Shown here in pieces: positions 17,993 to 28,534 of a stretch of 64,000 nucleotides of DNA. Each line of letters begins with the position of its first letter. The stretch's first letter is position 1. The translations under genes and the position numbers were made by a program. The notes beneath the pieces are model-generated. The model was given only the letters and a program-made list of their open reading frames with translations, was not told the origin of the DNA and ran no database searches. This stretch comes from a virus, in the IMG/VR virus record IMGVR_UViG_3300045988_095964. One strand, written 5' to 3'.

Positions 17993-18337
17993 ATGAAAAT
18001 GGAAAAACAAGTAAAAGCACACACTCGCCGGACAAAGTCCGGTAAGAGTGTTGTGGTTAAGGCCCACTCTGCTAAATACGATTCTGGAGGTGGCCTCGCC
18101 AAGAAAAACATTACCTCTAAGAGAGGCTCTGGAAAAGAGTTGATGTCTAAGGCTATCTCTATGGCTTCTTTAGAACGTAAGGCTCAAAAAGCCGAACGTG
18201 ACTACTATGCCGGCAAGATAGATTCCAACACTTACGATAAGATACAGAAATCCGTAGATTCCGCTATCGGGTACCTGAGAAGTACCCCCAAAAAGACTTC
18301 TCGGAGTACTGTTAAAAAAGGTGCTGGTCGTAGGTAA
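17993..18337 (+). CDS. basic-hairpin-motif protein
   Basis: The N-terminus 'MKMEKQVKAHTRRTKSGKSVVVKAHSAKYD' shares about 24/30 residues with the 2189 ORF. Confidence 0.6.
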   Translation: MKMEKQVKAHTRRTKSGKSVVVKAHSAKYDSGGGLAKKNITSKRGSGKELMSKAISMASLERKAQKAERDYYAGKIDSNTYDKIQKSVDSAIGYLRSTPKKTSRSTVKKGAGRR

Positions 18338-18363
18338 ATATTTACTTAACACTATATAGAATT

Positions 18364-19248
18364 ATGGACAGTTTAATTTTTGACTTACCCATCGGTTTAC
18401 AGACCGCATCGGGTGACGCTATCAAAACCGTAGAATTACTCCGTACCAATGGTGTAGCAGAGAAAGTTTTCGTAACCAAACTCTCGGAACGTCCCTACAC
18501 GTGGCAGGGTAACGTTCTGTCGGTAGGTATCAAAAGTATCGGCGATATTGAAATCGGTGCGGAGGTGCGCCGCCAGTATCTCAAAGATAATGCGGTCACC
18601 ATCCCCACTGAGATCAAGAATCTTACGTTGGCGGATGTGAATACACTCCTGCTGGAGATTCACCGGCGTCTGTGGCAGAATTTCATTCCGCGTCAGGAAG
18701 TCGTCTGCAAGTATTGCGGCAAGCGGTTACGTGCGGACATCGACCTCGACCGTATCGACTTCTTCGAGGAGACCAAGGAGGCTATGGAGGAGTTACCCGA
18801 CTACACCAAGATCGTGGTCGATCTCTCTGACGGTTTCACGCCGCCCGCACTCGGTAAAGTCACCGAAAAACCGGAATATGCGTCGATTCTGTTAACGAAT
18901 TACAACCGCATGACGTTCCGCCCGCCCTTACTGCGTGACGCCATCAAAAACGAGCGATTCTTTACGGATTCGGTCGGTTTCTGGCGGCGTATCGCCAAGG
19001 ACTGCTTGGTGCAGATTGATTCGGTGGTTGACGGTAAGGTCGTCGATACGCTTCCCGTGGAGTTCCACACGTTCTACGGCATGAAACTCTACGACGAATA
19101 TCTGTGCGGACGGGACCTCAAAAAGATTCGTTCCGCCCTTACGGAATACCTGCCTACCCTCCCGTTCGCATACTATGACAGATGCGGATGTGACGAGCAA
19201 AGAGAGATACCTTACGCAATGGAGGCATCCTCTTTTTTCTCGGAATGA
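18364..19248 (+). CDS. hypothetical tail-assembly-region protein
   Basis: 294 aa between the tube and tape-measure genes. 'CKYCGKRL' motif. Confidence 0.5.
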   Translation: MDSLIFDLPIGLQTASGDAIKTVELLRTNGVAEKVFVTKLSERPYTWQGNVLSVGIKSIGDIEIGAEVRRQYLKDNAVTIPTEIKNLTLADVNTLLLEIHRRLWQNFIPRQEVVCKYCGKRLRADIDLDRIDFFEETKEAMEELPDYTKIVVDLSDGFTPPALGKVTEKPEYASILLTNYNRMTFRPPLLRDAIKNERFFTDSVGFWRRIAKDCLVQIDSVVDGKVVDTLPVEFHTFYGMKLYDEYLCGRDLKKIRSALTEYLPTLPFAYYDRCGCDEQREIPYAMEASSFFSE

Positions 19249-19523
19249 CGTTAAATACCGGGGAATTTAAGGCGATAATCAGAGAGTACCCGATGTTTAG
19301 TCTTTGGGCTATTCGGAACGGTACTCTCTTTCTTCCTAAAATCCCCGATGAAGATACCGATGACGAGGGGTATGATTTAGCGTCACAAATTTACATAATG
19401 ATGAAACGGCTTCGGCAACCATATTCCGAGTTACTTCTCATGGATTCGGAGGAACGCGAATGGTACTTTAACATGGAGTTGAAGCTGATTAACAAGGAGA
19501 GCGAGGAAAGTAAAAATGGCTAA
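19245..19523 (+). CDS. hypothetical tail-assembly-region protein
   Basis: 92 aa. ATGA overlap upstream and an 8-nt overlap with the tape measure gene. Confidence 0.5.
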   Translation: MTLNTGEFKAIIREYPMFSLWAIRNGTLFLPKIPDEDTDDEGYDLASQIYIMMKRLRQPYSELLLMDSEEREWYFNMELKLINKESEESKNG

Positions 19524-21468
19524 GTTACGAGGGGGAGACCCGCAATTCACATACGACTTCGGTTTGGCTGTTTCCACGCAGACGATTTCCCGGCTAACCC
19601 GGTTGACGGGAGCCACGTTATCGCTTGCTGGGGCTTACTATGCGTTGCAAAAGACTTCCTCCGAGTACATGGACACACTCAGGTCCAATTCGCTTCGATT
19701 CGGTGGTTATTTGAATACGATGCGGGCCATTTCTGAGGCACAAGATCGCATTATCAAAGGTGCTACTCGCTACTCGGTTAAGGACCAACTTAAAGGACTT
19801 AACGACCTTATGGCTGTCGGTCTGGACGCCCGTAAGGAATTCGACCTCGTTAACAAAAGTGCTCACGCTCTTGGCGTTGAGTTCAGCGATTTCGCTGGTG
19901 CTATTTCGAATGGTATTCGCGGGAATATGTCTGCGCTTGTACAAATGGGTCTCCTTACGGAACGATCTGTTCGGTACTTCGAGAAATATCCGGCGAATAC
20001 CATAATGCGCCAACAGGCCATCCTTAAATTCGTCAAAGAGCATAAGGGTCTGCAAAGTCTTATCAAAAACGACTTCAAGACTATCGCCGACGAAACCAGC
20101 CGTATAAGTACGATCTGGAAGGTATTCCTAAAATCCATCGTAGGTGATCCCCGTAATCCGGACAGTCTGTATGGTAGTGTAGTTAGGGCATTCGGTGGTA
20201 TCGCCGACGGCCTTAAAGGGTACATGGAGTACATCAAACGCGCCGGATATATGATCGGGCGTGTATTAGGATGGGTTGTACGCCAAGTAGGTAAGTTTGT
20301 TCAATGGCTTGGACGAACTACTGCACATGCTTTTAGAGGGGTAAAGGATGTTCTCGATAACTATAAGGATGCCACTGCTTCTATTATCGTATGGCTCGAA
20401 TTTTGGAAGCAACGCATCGTGAAATTCTTCCGTGAGTATCAGGAACCTATCAAGACAACTCTGAAACTCCTTATCGCGTATAAAGCGCTCAAAGCCGTAT
20501 TTGTCATCTCTAAGAAAGCTATTGCTTCTGCATGGGCATACAGTACAGCTCTTTCGGGAGGTTTACGTGCTCCTTTTATCCGAGGTAAATGGCGTACTGG
20601 TCGAATGATCGTGAACCGTCGCCAACAAGGTAGTCTTGTAAAACAGGGTATCGGTAGAGGTTCTTGGGGTCGTCGCTGGATGTATCTCAAGAATATGTTT
20701 ATGACCCCCTCATCGCAAACTAAGCTATCCGCATTAGGGGGAACTCTCACTCGATTTGGAAAATACGCCAAAGGGATTACAGGTCCCATCATCGCACTTA
20801 CAGGAGCACTTAAACTGCTGAGTATTGGTTTCGAATCGGCTGGTAAGGGAGGTATTCTCAAAGAGTTCCTAAAAGCTCCGTGGACCCTTATCAAAGATAC
20901 TTTCCTACTCATTAAGAACATTTTGTTCTCCGCAGTGAACATTGTGGGCACTCTTATAAAGGGTTTCATGTACTTCTGGAATGCTTCTTTGGATTCATTC
21001 GCTTCTTTTGTGCGTAAGCATCCCAAGATTGCTTCTTTCTTCGGATTTACCGCCGATAATATCGAGGGTAGTATGCTGAAACCTTTACGGTTTTTTGACA
21101 ACTTCCTCAAAGATTGGAATGAGGCTAACAAGGCTTGGTGGGACTGGAACTCTGATTTCAATTATACCCCAAGAGCTGAACAGGAAGCCAAGTACGAGCG
21201 TGAAAAATCCGAGTACTTCGGGAAGAAACAATCTGAGTGGGAAAATCGACGTGGGGTTCCAAACCTTGTGCAACTCCCAGTAGGTCCTCGTCCCGGAGAG
21301 GGAACGTATCTCACTATTAAAGAGGGCGCTGTGACGATTAATGTGGTCGGTAAGGAAGGTAGAGATGAAATGCTTGCCGAAGACATGGCTCAAACAATTA
21401 AGGGAATGCTCTCTGATTGGTACTACGAAATGGTGGATAAAGAGAAAGCAAGACGAGGTAAAGACTGA
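19516..21468 (+). CDS. tape measure protein
   Basis: 650 aa, helical with hydrophobic segments. Canonical position. Confidence 0.8.
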   Translation: MAKLRGGDPQFTYDFGLAVSTQTISRLTRLTGATLSLAGAYYALQKTSSEYMDTLRSNSLRFGGYLNTMRAISEAQDRIIKGATRYSVKDQLKGLNDLMAVGLDARKEFDLVNKSAHALGVEFSDFAGAISNGIRGNMSALVQMGLLTERSVRYFEKYPANTIMRQQAILKFVKEHKGLQSLIKNDFKTIADETSRISTIWKVFLKSIVGDPRNPDSLYGSVVRAFGGIADGLKGYMEYIKRAGYMIGRVLGWVVRQVGKFVQWLGRTTAHAFRGVKDVLDNYKDATASIIVWLEFWKQRIVKFFREYQEPIKTTLKLLIAYKALKAVFVISKKAIASAWAYSTALSGGLRAPFIRGKWRTGRMIVNRRQQGSLVKQGIGRGSWGRRWMYLKNMFMTPSSQTKLSALGGTLTRFGKYAKGITGPIIALTGALKLLSIGFESAGKGGILKEFLKAPWTLIKDTFLLIKNILFSAVNIVGTLIKGFMYFWNASLDSFASFVRKHPKIASFFGFTADNIEGSMLKPLRFFDNFLKDWNEANKAWWDWNSDFNYTPRAEQEAKYEREKSEYFGKKQSEWENRRGVPNLVQLPVGPRPGEGTYLTIKEGAVTINVVGKEGRDEMLAEDMAQTIKGMLSDWYYEMVDKEKARRGKD

Positions 21469-21470
21469 TT

Positions 21471-22310
21471 ATGGCACTTATCAATGACGCAATAGGAGGA
21501 TTACAACGCAGGTTCCGGTCGCTGTTCAATACGGCTACTGGTTCTGCCAGTGGTAGCTACTTCTCACGGACCAAGTGGAACCGTGGTTATATCGTGCGCA
21601 AGTCCGATTCACTCAAAGAGTTCACATTTGACAATGGGTACACGTTCCAGTTTAACCCGACCCAGTTGAGCGACATTAAGACATCCAACTGGGAAACTCG
21701 TGCCTACGCCGGACTATCTTTCAATGACTACGTTTGGAGTGGCGGTGGTGAGCGTATCGTGTCGTTCTCCCTGCAACTGGATGATACTCCGGGATCACAT
21801 GTCGATTATTTTCTTGCAGACGCTATTGCGGCGTCTATTAAAAATAAAGCGTTACCCGGTACGCCATCGACACGGGAGGAACAGTTTAACCAAAGGGTTA
21901 AAGACGCTCTCGGAACCACTTTCGGTGTGCCTACCCGAAATACCAAGATGGTTGACTTCGATTGGGATATGAATACCGCCAAGAGTGTCACCCGTGTTCA
22001 CGAACGGGGAGTGCTCGATGCCGTGGAGTACATTCAATCGTTTCTCTATCCGGAACCTGTCGATGGTGAAACTCCTAAATTCGCAGAGGGCGGAGTTATA
22101 CCTATTAACCAATTCCGGCCACCTGCAATAGCAGTATTCAGCTTCGGTCCTATATTTTTGGAGGGAGTGGTAAAGTCGGCGCCGGTCAATTATACCTTAT
22201 TCGACAAGGACTTAACCCCTATACGGGCTGAGGTCAATGTTGAGTTGGGCATTATGGAGTTTGAAACTCTCAAAAACCATTACTTATTGTCGGACCCTTT
22301 TGCTAAATAG
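21471..22310 (+). CDS. baseplate hub / tube-initiator-like protein
   Basis: 'FQFNPTQLSDIKTSNWE...GGGERIVSFSLQLDD' resembles the CIS tube-fold N-terminal pattern. Confidence 0.5.
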   Translation: MALINDAIGGLQRRFRSLFNTATGSASGSYFSRTKWNRGYIVRKSDSLKEFTFDNGYTFQFNPTQLSDIKTSNWETRAYAGLSFNDYVWSGGGERIVSFSLQLDDTPGSHVDYFLADAIAASIKNKALPGTPSTREEQFNQRVKDALGTTFGVPTRNTKMVDFDWDMNTAKSVTRVHERGVLDAVEYIQSFLYPEPVDGETPKFAEGGVIPINQFRPPAIAVFSFGPIFLEGVVKSAPVNYTLFDKDLTPIRAEVNVELGIMEFETLKNHYLLSDPFAK

Positions 22311-22312
22311 CC

Positions 22313-22606
22313 ATGATTAACAACGGATTCTACAATTACCACAATCTCAAAGAGGAGTACCTCGGAGGCAAAGTACAACACTACCCGATTAAGGATGCGT
22401 CGGTAACGTTGGAGTGGTACGAGTATGTCGTAAAGGCTGGTGAAACGTTGTATTCCATAGCCGCAAAAGTGTTCGGCAGTACCATGATGCAGAACTGGAC
22501 ATATATTGCCGACAATAATCCCCCGCGTAATCCGGATGATTGGCGCATGGGAGATGTTCTGCGGCTTCCAAAAGTTATTATTCGAGATACTATCGTAAAC
22601 CGATGA
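22313..22606 (+). CDS. LysM-domain tail protein (gpX-like)
   Basis: 'YVVKAGETLYSIAAKVFG...NW..IADNN...MGDVLRLP' fits the LysM pattern. Confidence 0.75.
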   Translation: MINNGFYNYHNLKEEYLGGKVQHYPIKDASVTLEWYEYVVKAGETLYSIAAKVFGSTMMQNWTYIADNNPPRNPDDWRMGDVLRLPKVIIRDTIVNR

Positions 22607-23967
22607 GCAGTAATCCTATACAACCTCAATTCAAACTGAGGCTTTATATGAAAGGAGAGGTTCCCGTTGATTCTGACACTTTCCGTCAGAGAGGGGGGAC
22701 CCTCTCCAACATAGGTACTTCCCGGTATGTGGACATCGAATACTATACGGCCTATCCGGTTGAGTACGAGGAGCAGGCAAGTTTACTTAACTTTTTGCGT
22801 TTTACCATAGATAAAAATGCCGACCTTATCATTCACCGGCTCTTTATCGGACAGTGGGTGATCCTTTTTGGTGGCTACTATACGCCGGATGGTTCCGGTA
22901 TGCGTAAAGTATGTGGAGCTACTATTACTCGAATAAAAACCCGATTTACTGATAACGGACGCATTTCCATCGACATTGAGGCCATGTCGTATGGATTTAA
23001 TCAGATGGGTAAAGACACTGGTTACAACTACGCCTATCCCGATACTGGTAAGAATGCCCGAAAGTTTTTACGTGGTCGGACGTCTATATCTTTGGCTGAC
23101 CTCGTTAAAGGTATTGTTGAGGAAGATGGTATGGTCATGGGTCAGTTCTCCCTCCCTAAAAGAGTGGCTAAAACCACGTTCGACCTCAAAAATATACGCA
23201 GGCAGGTCAACCAGTCTGACTGGGCATTCCTCAATAAGCTCGGTAACGATTATGGATGCTCTGTCTGGACTGAAACTGTTGACGGTAAGGAAACTTTCAA
23301 CTTCGTCGAGACCACCAAGCTAAAAGAAACTCTTAACACGGATATTCAGTTCTTGTACGTTCCTCAGAATAGTGGCATTCATAGTGCCGAACGTTCCGAG
23401 ATGCAGATGTTTGACGACCCTAACTGGAATCGTGTACGGTTGCTCCGGAATGTCAGTGTCGATGAAGATATTAATGCCGCTTATGCCGTTAAGCGATCTG
23501 CTATGTACTTCAATAAACAGACTGGTGAGTTTGAGGAGACTATTGCTGAGGTTACAGAGGTTGATGGTAAGAAAGTCATCACTATGTACCATTTTGACGA
23601 GGAACGGGTAAAATATATCGAAGAAACTGACCCTGACTTGGCTGATCGAATTCGCCGGCTTGGACCGTTCAACATTGAGTGGAGTAGTGGTAGGGAACCC
23701 GAAAGTCCTCAGTTTGCCCGTTACTATTATAAGGCGGTTACCAAACCTTATGATGAGAGTGTAGCTGTATTCGACAAGGCGTTTCTCGGTATCAAAATTA
23801 AGGCCCGGTGTAATCAGGACCTCGATATTCACTCTCAGAGAGTGTACAATGTCCGCGGTATTTTAAGGTACAGCTCTACCGAAAAAACCGAGGGTTACTT
23901 TTTGCGCGGTCTGACCCACATTTGGGACGCCGATGGTACATGGACCGACTTAGATATGATAAAGTAA
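22603..23967 (+). CDS. late-control-D-like tail/baseplate hub protein
   Basis: 454 aa. ATGA coupling. Position between the LysM and spike genes. Confidence 0.5.
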   Translation: MSSNPIQPQFKLRLYMKGEVPVDSDTFRQRGGTLSNIGTSRYVDIEYYTAYPVEYEEQASLLNFLRFTIDKNADLIIHRLFIGQWVILFGGYYTPDGSGMRKVCGATITRIKTRFTDNGRISIDIEAMSYGFNQMGKDTGYNYAYPDTGKNARKFLRGRTSISLADLVKGIVEEDGMVMGQFSLPKRVAKTTFDLKNIRRQVNQSDWAFLNKLGNDYGCSVWTETVDGKETFNFVETTKLKETLNTDIQFLYVPQNSGIHSAERSEMQMFDDPNWNRVRLLRNVSVDEDINAAYAVKRSAMYFNKQTGEFEETIAEVTEVDGKKVITMYHFDEERVKYIEETDPDLADRIRRLGPFNIEWSSGREPESPQFARYYYKAVTKPYDESVAVFDKAFLGIKIKARCNQDLDIHSQRVYNVRGILRYSSTEKTEGYFLRGLTHIWDADGTWTDLDMIK

Positions 23968-24389
23968 TGATAGAATTCGCTAAAATAGTCGGTGAACTGG
24001 ATGGTTCCTACCTCCGTGTGCAAATCCGTACCGGGGAGGAATTTCTTGCGCCTATGGCTGTTGTCGGTAATGGGGTTACCTTACCCTCTGCACAATGGGT
24101 GAGTGAGAACAAAGACAAGTTCATGGCGCTTGTTACTTACGAAAAAGATTTGTACCTTTCGCCTATAATTATAGGATTTTATCCACTTTCCGGAGCAAGT
24201 TCCGAGAGTTATGACACGGTTGAGCGGTTACTATCCGTCTGCATAGCCCTTGTAGAACAACTGCTCAAAGCAAAAGTTAACACGATGCTGGGTCCTCAGC
24301 CCTTCATGCCAGACACTATTCAAGTGTTCAATGATTTGAAGACCCAACTCGACGAGATAAAGAAACTTATTTTACCCGTAAAACTTTGA
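23967..24389 (+). CDS. baseplate spike (gpV-like)
   Basis: 140 aa. TAATG coupling. Assigned by position. Confidence 0.45.
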   Translation: MIEFAKIVGELDGSYLRVQIRTGEEFLAPMAVVGNGVTLPSAQWVSENKDKFMALVTYEKDLYLSPIIIGFYPLSGASSESYDTVERLLSVCIALVEQLLKAKVNTMLGPQPFMPDTIQVFNDLKTQLDEIKKLILPVKL

Positions 24390-24392
24390 GGT

Positions 24393-24668
24393 ATGGCGCT
24401 CAATAAACAACAGTTGTACTCGGACATCTATAACGGATTTGTAGCTATCTTCAACGAACGCGCCGAAGCCGCTACTAATGGTGACGAGAACGCCGACCCC
24501 AAAGAGATAATCAAACAGGTATGCGCAGATATGGCTACGTGTGTCTCTGACGCAGTCGAGATTTATGTGAAATCCGGCGACATCAAGATCAGTAGTGCCA
24601 ACATTAAGGTTACTGCTCCTAACGGAGCGTGTACGGTAACTCCGGCGACACCTGCAAAAGTGGAGTAG
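24393..24668 (+). CDS. hypothetical baseplate-region protein
   Basis: 91-aa ORF. Confidence 0.45.
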   Translation: MALNKQQLYSDIYNGFVAIFNERAEAATNGDENADPKEIIKQVCADMATCVSDAVEIYVKSGDIKISSANIKVTAPNGACTVTPATPAKVE

Positions 24669-24669
24669 T

Positions 24670-25035
24670 ATGCGTGGATTAACATGTAGATTCAAAATGG
24701 ACAACGGTAAACTCGCTTTATCGTCAGGTTCAACGAAAGCTCAGGATGACATTTGGTTTTACTGCGTTTTCGATAAGCTACGTGTGTATACGTCTGACTA
24801 CGGATTTAATTTCCGGGCATTGGAGCAACGGCCTACGTCGTTCTTCCTTATCAACCGGGCGCTTATAACCTCCACACTTAAAAACGGAATCGAGAAATAC
24901 ACGAATGACTTAAAGGTCAACAGTGTGGATGTAGGATATGACCCTGCCGACGACAACAAGCAGATTCGTTTGCTTATCGACTATTCCTCTGTGGAGGAAA
25001 ACAAAACCGAGGTAAAGGGTGTAACATTTGTATAA
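24670..25035 (+). CDS. baseplate wedge protein (gp25/gpW-like)
   Basis: 121 aa immediately upstream of the J-like gene. Confidence 0.5.
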   Translation: MRGLTCRFKMDNGKLALSSGSTKAQDDIWFYCVFDKLRVYTSDYGFNFRALEQRPTSFFLINRALITSTLKNGIEKYTNDLKVNSVDVGYDPADDNKQIRLLIDYSSVEENKTEVKGVTFV

Positions 25036-25036
25036 T

Positions 25037-26557
25037 ATGGCTGATACCAAAGAATCCCTCGTTGCGTATTTTTCCGGATTACCCCTTGGAACGCTCCAAA
25101 AGTTAAAGAGGTACTCCGAATTACTTATCATCCCGGAGGATGACCTGTTGACCAACGCAACCATGATACAGATGGTCGATAAGGCTCACTTATTGGCTGA
25201 TTCATTGTTTCCCGAATGGACTGACCGGAGTAAGTCTGATTTCGGTGAATTCTTGGTAGAGCTATTCGGGTTGTTCTCTGAAAAGGACTTTTGGTATATC
25301 AACGCCTTTGCCAACGAGAGCATTCTTCGAAAAGCCCGGTCATACAGTAACGTATTTTCTCAGGTTTCTGCGTTGGGGTATACTCCGGTACTCTGCAAGG
25401 GAAGTGTGGCTACGTTCAGTGTGTCTTTTGCCGCTGGAAATCCTGTCATTTACCAACGTGGCGATTTGACTATCTTAGTCGGCGACATACCTTTTACGAA
25501 CGATGAAGCATTCGAGGTTCCTGCGGATGCTACCACCACCACGTTACAACTGCACGCCGGAAAATTCAACGCTGAGGACATTACGTTCAACGGAAACAAT
25601 ATCTTTCTCCGGCAGAAGAACATCGACATAGACAGTATCTTTGTTCAGATCGACAATATCCAGTATACCCGTGTAGGGACGTTCGGTAATTCGGGTGCTG
25701 ACAGCACGCACTTTATGGTGCTTCCGGAGGAGGATGGTTCCGTTTCCATCTACTTCGGCCATGACGGTTTCGGAATTCAACCCGAACTCGGTAAGGGTAT
25801 TCATGTGGACTATCGTACTTGCGACGGTCCTAACCAAGACTTCGCCTTTCCTACCACTATGGAGGTTAAGTCCGGCGATGACCTTGCCGAAAGACCCGTA
25901 ACTGCGGTAACTGTTACGACTGCCGGGACCGGTGGTTCCTATGCTGAGAGCCTTACGTCTATCCGTGAAAAGGCTCCGTTGATGATCGGAACTCAAGGAG
26001 CCGCTGTTAACACGACCGTGACCAAGAAACTTTTGGACAGTCTTTCCTTTATAAAGAGGTCCTATGTCGAGGTCAGTGGTCAAACCCTCTCGTACAAGGC
26101 TATCCCACTGTCGGGTGGTGAGGATTTATCCTCCGATGAACAAGCGCAAGTCGCTGATTTTCTGAATCCTCGGTTAATGATGGGATATTCGGCGACGTAC
26201 ACTCCTAATAACTATGTTGATCTACTCAGAGTAGCTTCTACTCAAGGTGTCGCCACTGCCATTATCTTGGATATTGTGTATTTGCGCGGTTATAAGACCT
26301 CTGTTATCGAGGGTAACGTGAAACAGATTATCCAAGATGTCACCAATCCGTTGGTTAAGGCTGACTATGGTTCCGGCTTCGATCTTACGTCGGTGGACGT
26401 ACTTATCAGAAGTTCTGTTCCCGGTGTTCAGAGTGTAAGTTTCAAGGCTCTTGTCGGTAACGCCGAGGTTCCTATGCAGAGCTACGTCATGCCGGCAGGA
26501 AGTATTTTCAAGAAATTGTCCGAAAGCGTTATAACATGTAGGTTCAATGCGATTTAG
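25037..26557 (+). CDS. baseplate J-like protein
   Basis: 506 aa. Assigned by size and order (W-J-I). Confidence 0.65.
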   Translation: MADTKESLVAYFSGLPLGTLQKLKRYSELLIIPEDDLLTNATMIQMVDKAHLLADSLFPEWTDRSKSDFGEFLVELFGLFSEKDFWYINAFANESILRKARSYSNVFSQVSALGYTPVLCKGSVATFSVSFAAGNPVIYQRGDLTILVGDIPFTNDEAFEVPADATTTTLQLHAGKFNAEDITFNGNNIFLRQKNIDIDSIFVQIDNIQYTRVGTFGNSGADSTHFMVLPEEDGSVSIYFGHDGFGIQPELGKGIHVDYRTCDGPNQDFAFPTTMEVKSGDDLAERPVTAVTVTTAGTGGSYAESLTSIREKAPLMIGTQGAAVNTTVTKKLLDSLSFIKRSYVEVSGQTLSYKAIPLSGGEDLSSDEQAQVADFLNPRLMMGYSATYTPNNYVDLLRVASTQGVATAIILDIVYLRGYKTSVIEGNVKQIIQDVTNPLVKADYGSGFDLTSVDVLIRSSVPGVQSVSFKALVGNAEVPMQSYVMPAGSIFKKLSESVITCRFNAI

Positions 26558-27293
26558 TGACTTCATACCAACCGAGGTTAAGGAGCAGGAGTTAACTTAT
26601 AAGTTAATTTCTGTTCTCGACCGTTTGCAAGCGTACAAGGAATCCCTTGTATACGACGCTTTACGGACCACGAATAATGCGCTGATCGACAATAAAACGT
26701 GGCTTATTAAGAAATTGGGTGACTTCGGTTTCGAGAGAATACCTTACGAGCTACCTCTACTGGTGCTTCAACAGCTCTTACTCAATGTCAACAAACTCAA
26801 CTCATTACGAGGGAGTTATGTAGGTGTCGAGCTGTTTGTCAGTATAATCACTATGGGAGAGGTTACTATCGACACCTCCGGATGGGTGAAAAAATCCCAG
26901 CAGTTGACTCCCAATTCTTTGGAGCAAGGCTACATTGTGGACGATAATTCGAAACCCACGTTCTATATCGTAGACAATAACGACATTCTTAAACAGGAAA
27001 ACAAACTGACTATCTCGGTCAAGAGTCCTTATTACGGAGTCATGGACTTACAGATCGCCGCGTATGAGGGTGTAGTCAGTGAGTACGAGGGCAAAAAGGC
27101 CGGTTACCCGTATATAGTCAGTGACGAGGGCTGGGGAATTCCCGAAATCGGCGAATACCTTATCGGTGATGAAAACAACAAGGGTGCTATACTGGAGTAT
27201 ATCAACTTTTATTCGGAAGCTGAGATAACGTGGAATCTTTCCGGTAGACTCACTCCCTACTATCATAAACTGTTAAATCCCTATTTCGTATGA
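26547..27293 (+). CDS. baseplate protein (gpI-like)
   Basis: 248 aa. 'NSLRGSYVGVELFVSII' is weakly gpI-like. Confidence 0.45.
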   Translation: MRFSDFIPTEVKEQELTYKLISVLDRLQAYKESLVYDALRTTNNALIDNKTWLIKKLGDFGFERIPYELPLLVLQQLLLNVNKLNSLRGSYVGVELFVSIITMGEVTIDTSGWVKKSQQLTPNSLEQGYIVDDNSKPTFYIVDNNDILKQENKLTISVKSPYYGVMDLQIAAYEGVVSEYEGKKAGYPYIVSDEGWGIPEIGEYLIGDENNKGAILEYINFYSEAEITWNLSGRLTPYYHKLLNPYFV

Positions 27294-28384
27294 GCAATAT
27301 TAAAGACAAGCTGTTCAATGCGTCTCAGAAAATAATTCGTGCCGTGTTCCACGGTGCGCCGAATCTTTTTACCGCTCCGGATATTAACCGGCAATTAGCC
27401 GCATTCGACTATCGGTTCCAGCAAAAGGAGAAATATCTTCCGGTAGTAGCTAAAATGTCCTATCGTATTGCCTTTTCACTGGAAATAACGTACAGTTATA
27501 TAGAACTTGCGGGTACTGTCTTATATGATGGACCCTCTATAACTATCAAGCTTGAAACGAACGTTGAGGACGGTTGGTTCGGTGCAGGTATTTGGGTTAA
27601 AAAAGAGTTGGTTACCTATGATACTGATGGAGCCGATCACCTTATATCAGGAGCGGTTTTCAATGACGGAACCTCTCAAAGTGCCGCAGATCATTATGTG
27701 ATTAGTGACTGGGGATTCTGTTATGGCTCTTGGACAGCAACAGGTGAACCTGACGCCGTAGAATGGTTCGGTGTTCCCGAAGGTGCGGAAGTTGTCGCAG
27801 TACCTATTGTAAGTGTGGACCCCGAACAGGGTGGTTGGGAACGTGCGGACAATTTCTTACCTCCGGAGCTGCCTTTTATGGCTCAGATTCAAAGAAACAT
27901 CAATAAGGTGGCTGATACTGCTTTTGCGCAGTCGCGTTATTCGGTTGATGCGAACACAGGAGCAACCCCATATTCTGCAACTCTTAATGGGACACTTACT
28001 GTTACTAAGAACAGATTCGGAGTTACGTTTTTCTTTGACGGCACTTTTTGGTGGAAACCCAGTGGGACTATCTCCGGCGACTATACCGTCCTTTATCGCA
28101 TACTTCGGACTTCGGGAAGCCCACAATTTTCTGCGGAAGATTTTAACCAAATTAAGGAGATGGTATCAGCTACCTCTTTAACAGGTCGCGGCGTTACAGT
28201 TTGTGCTAAAACGTATATCTTAGAGGATGGTTCCAATAAGGATAAAGGGTATATTGAAGCGACTGTAATGGTGAATCAAGGTAATTTGGACTTGGTTGTC
28301 TACCGTGACGCAATCGGTACTGAGACTTTGGACCTCGGTAGAGCGGTCGGTATCTCCTTTCAAATAGTATTTTTAGGTAAATAA
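27290..28384 (+). CDS. distal baseplate / fibre-like protein
   Basis: 364 aa. Last gene of the late block. Confidence 0.45.
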   Translation: MSNIKDKLFNASQKIIRAVFHGAPNLFTAPDINRQLAAFDYRFQQKEKYLPVVAKMSYRIAFSLEITYSYIELAGTVLYDGPSITIKLETNVEDGWFGAGIWVKKELVTYDTDGADHLISGAVFNDGTSQSAADHYVISDWGFCYGSWTATGEPDAVEWFGVPEGAEVVAVPIVSVDPEQGGWERADNFLPPELPFMAQIQRNINKVADTAFAQSRYSVDANTGATPYSATLNGTLTVTKNRFGVTFFFDGTFWWKPSGTISGDYTVLYRILRTSGSPQFSAEDFNQIKEMVSATSLTGRGVTVCAKTYILEDGSNKDKGYIEATVMVNQGNLDLVVYRDAIGTETLDLGRAVGISFQIVFLGK

Positions 28385-28390
28385 TGATGC

Positions 28391-28436
28391 TAATTTAGGT
28401 GTTTGGAAGTTTAAAAATTTTTTCGTATATTTATCC
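28391..28436 (+). promoter_or_regulatory. conserved promoter cassette, copy 1
   Basis: 'TAATTTAGGTGTTTGG..N..TATATTTA'. TTTG at 28402-28405, a 20-nt spacer, then the -7 element at 28426-28433. Confidence 0.7.
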
Positions 28437-28534
28437 AAGTTGGTCCGGTAAACGATTAAGCCTCGATGCTTAGGTCGGACCATAAATATATAGTAATATA
28501 TAATAAAGGGTAAATTTGAATCCATCTGATATGG

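Noticed and set aside
18364-19523. Expected tail-assembly-chaperone -1 frameshift upstream of the tape measure gene
   Set aside because: The two ORFs are joined by a simple ATGA stop/start overlap and each has its own ATG. I saw no slippery site.
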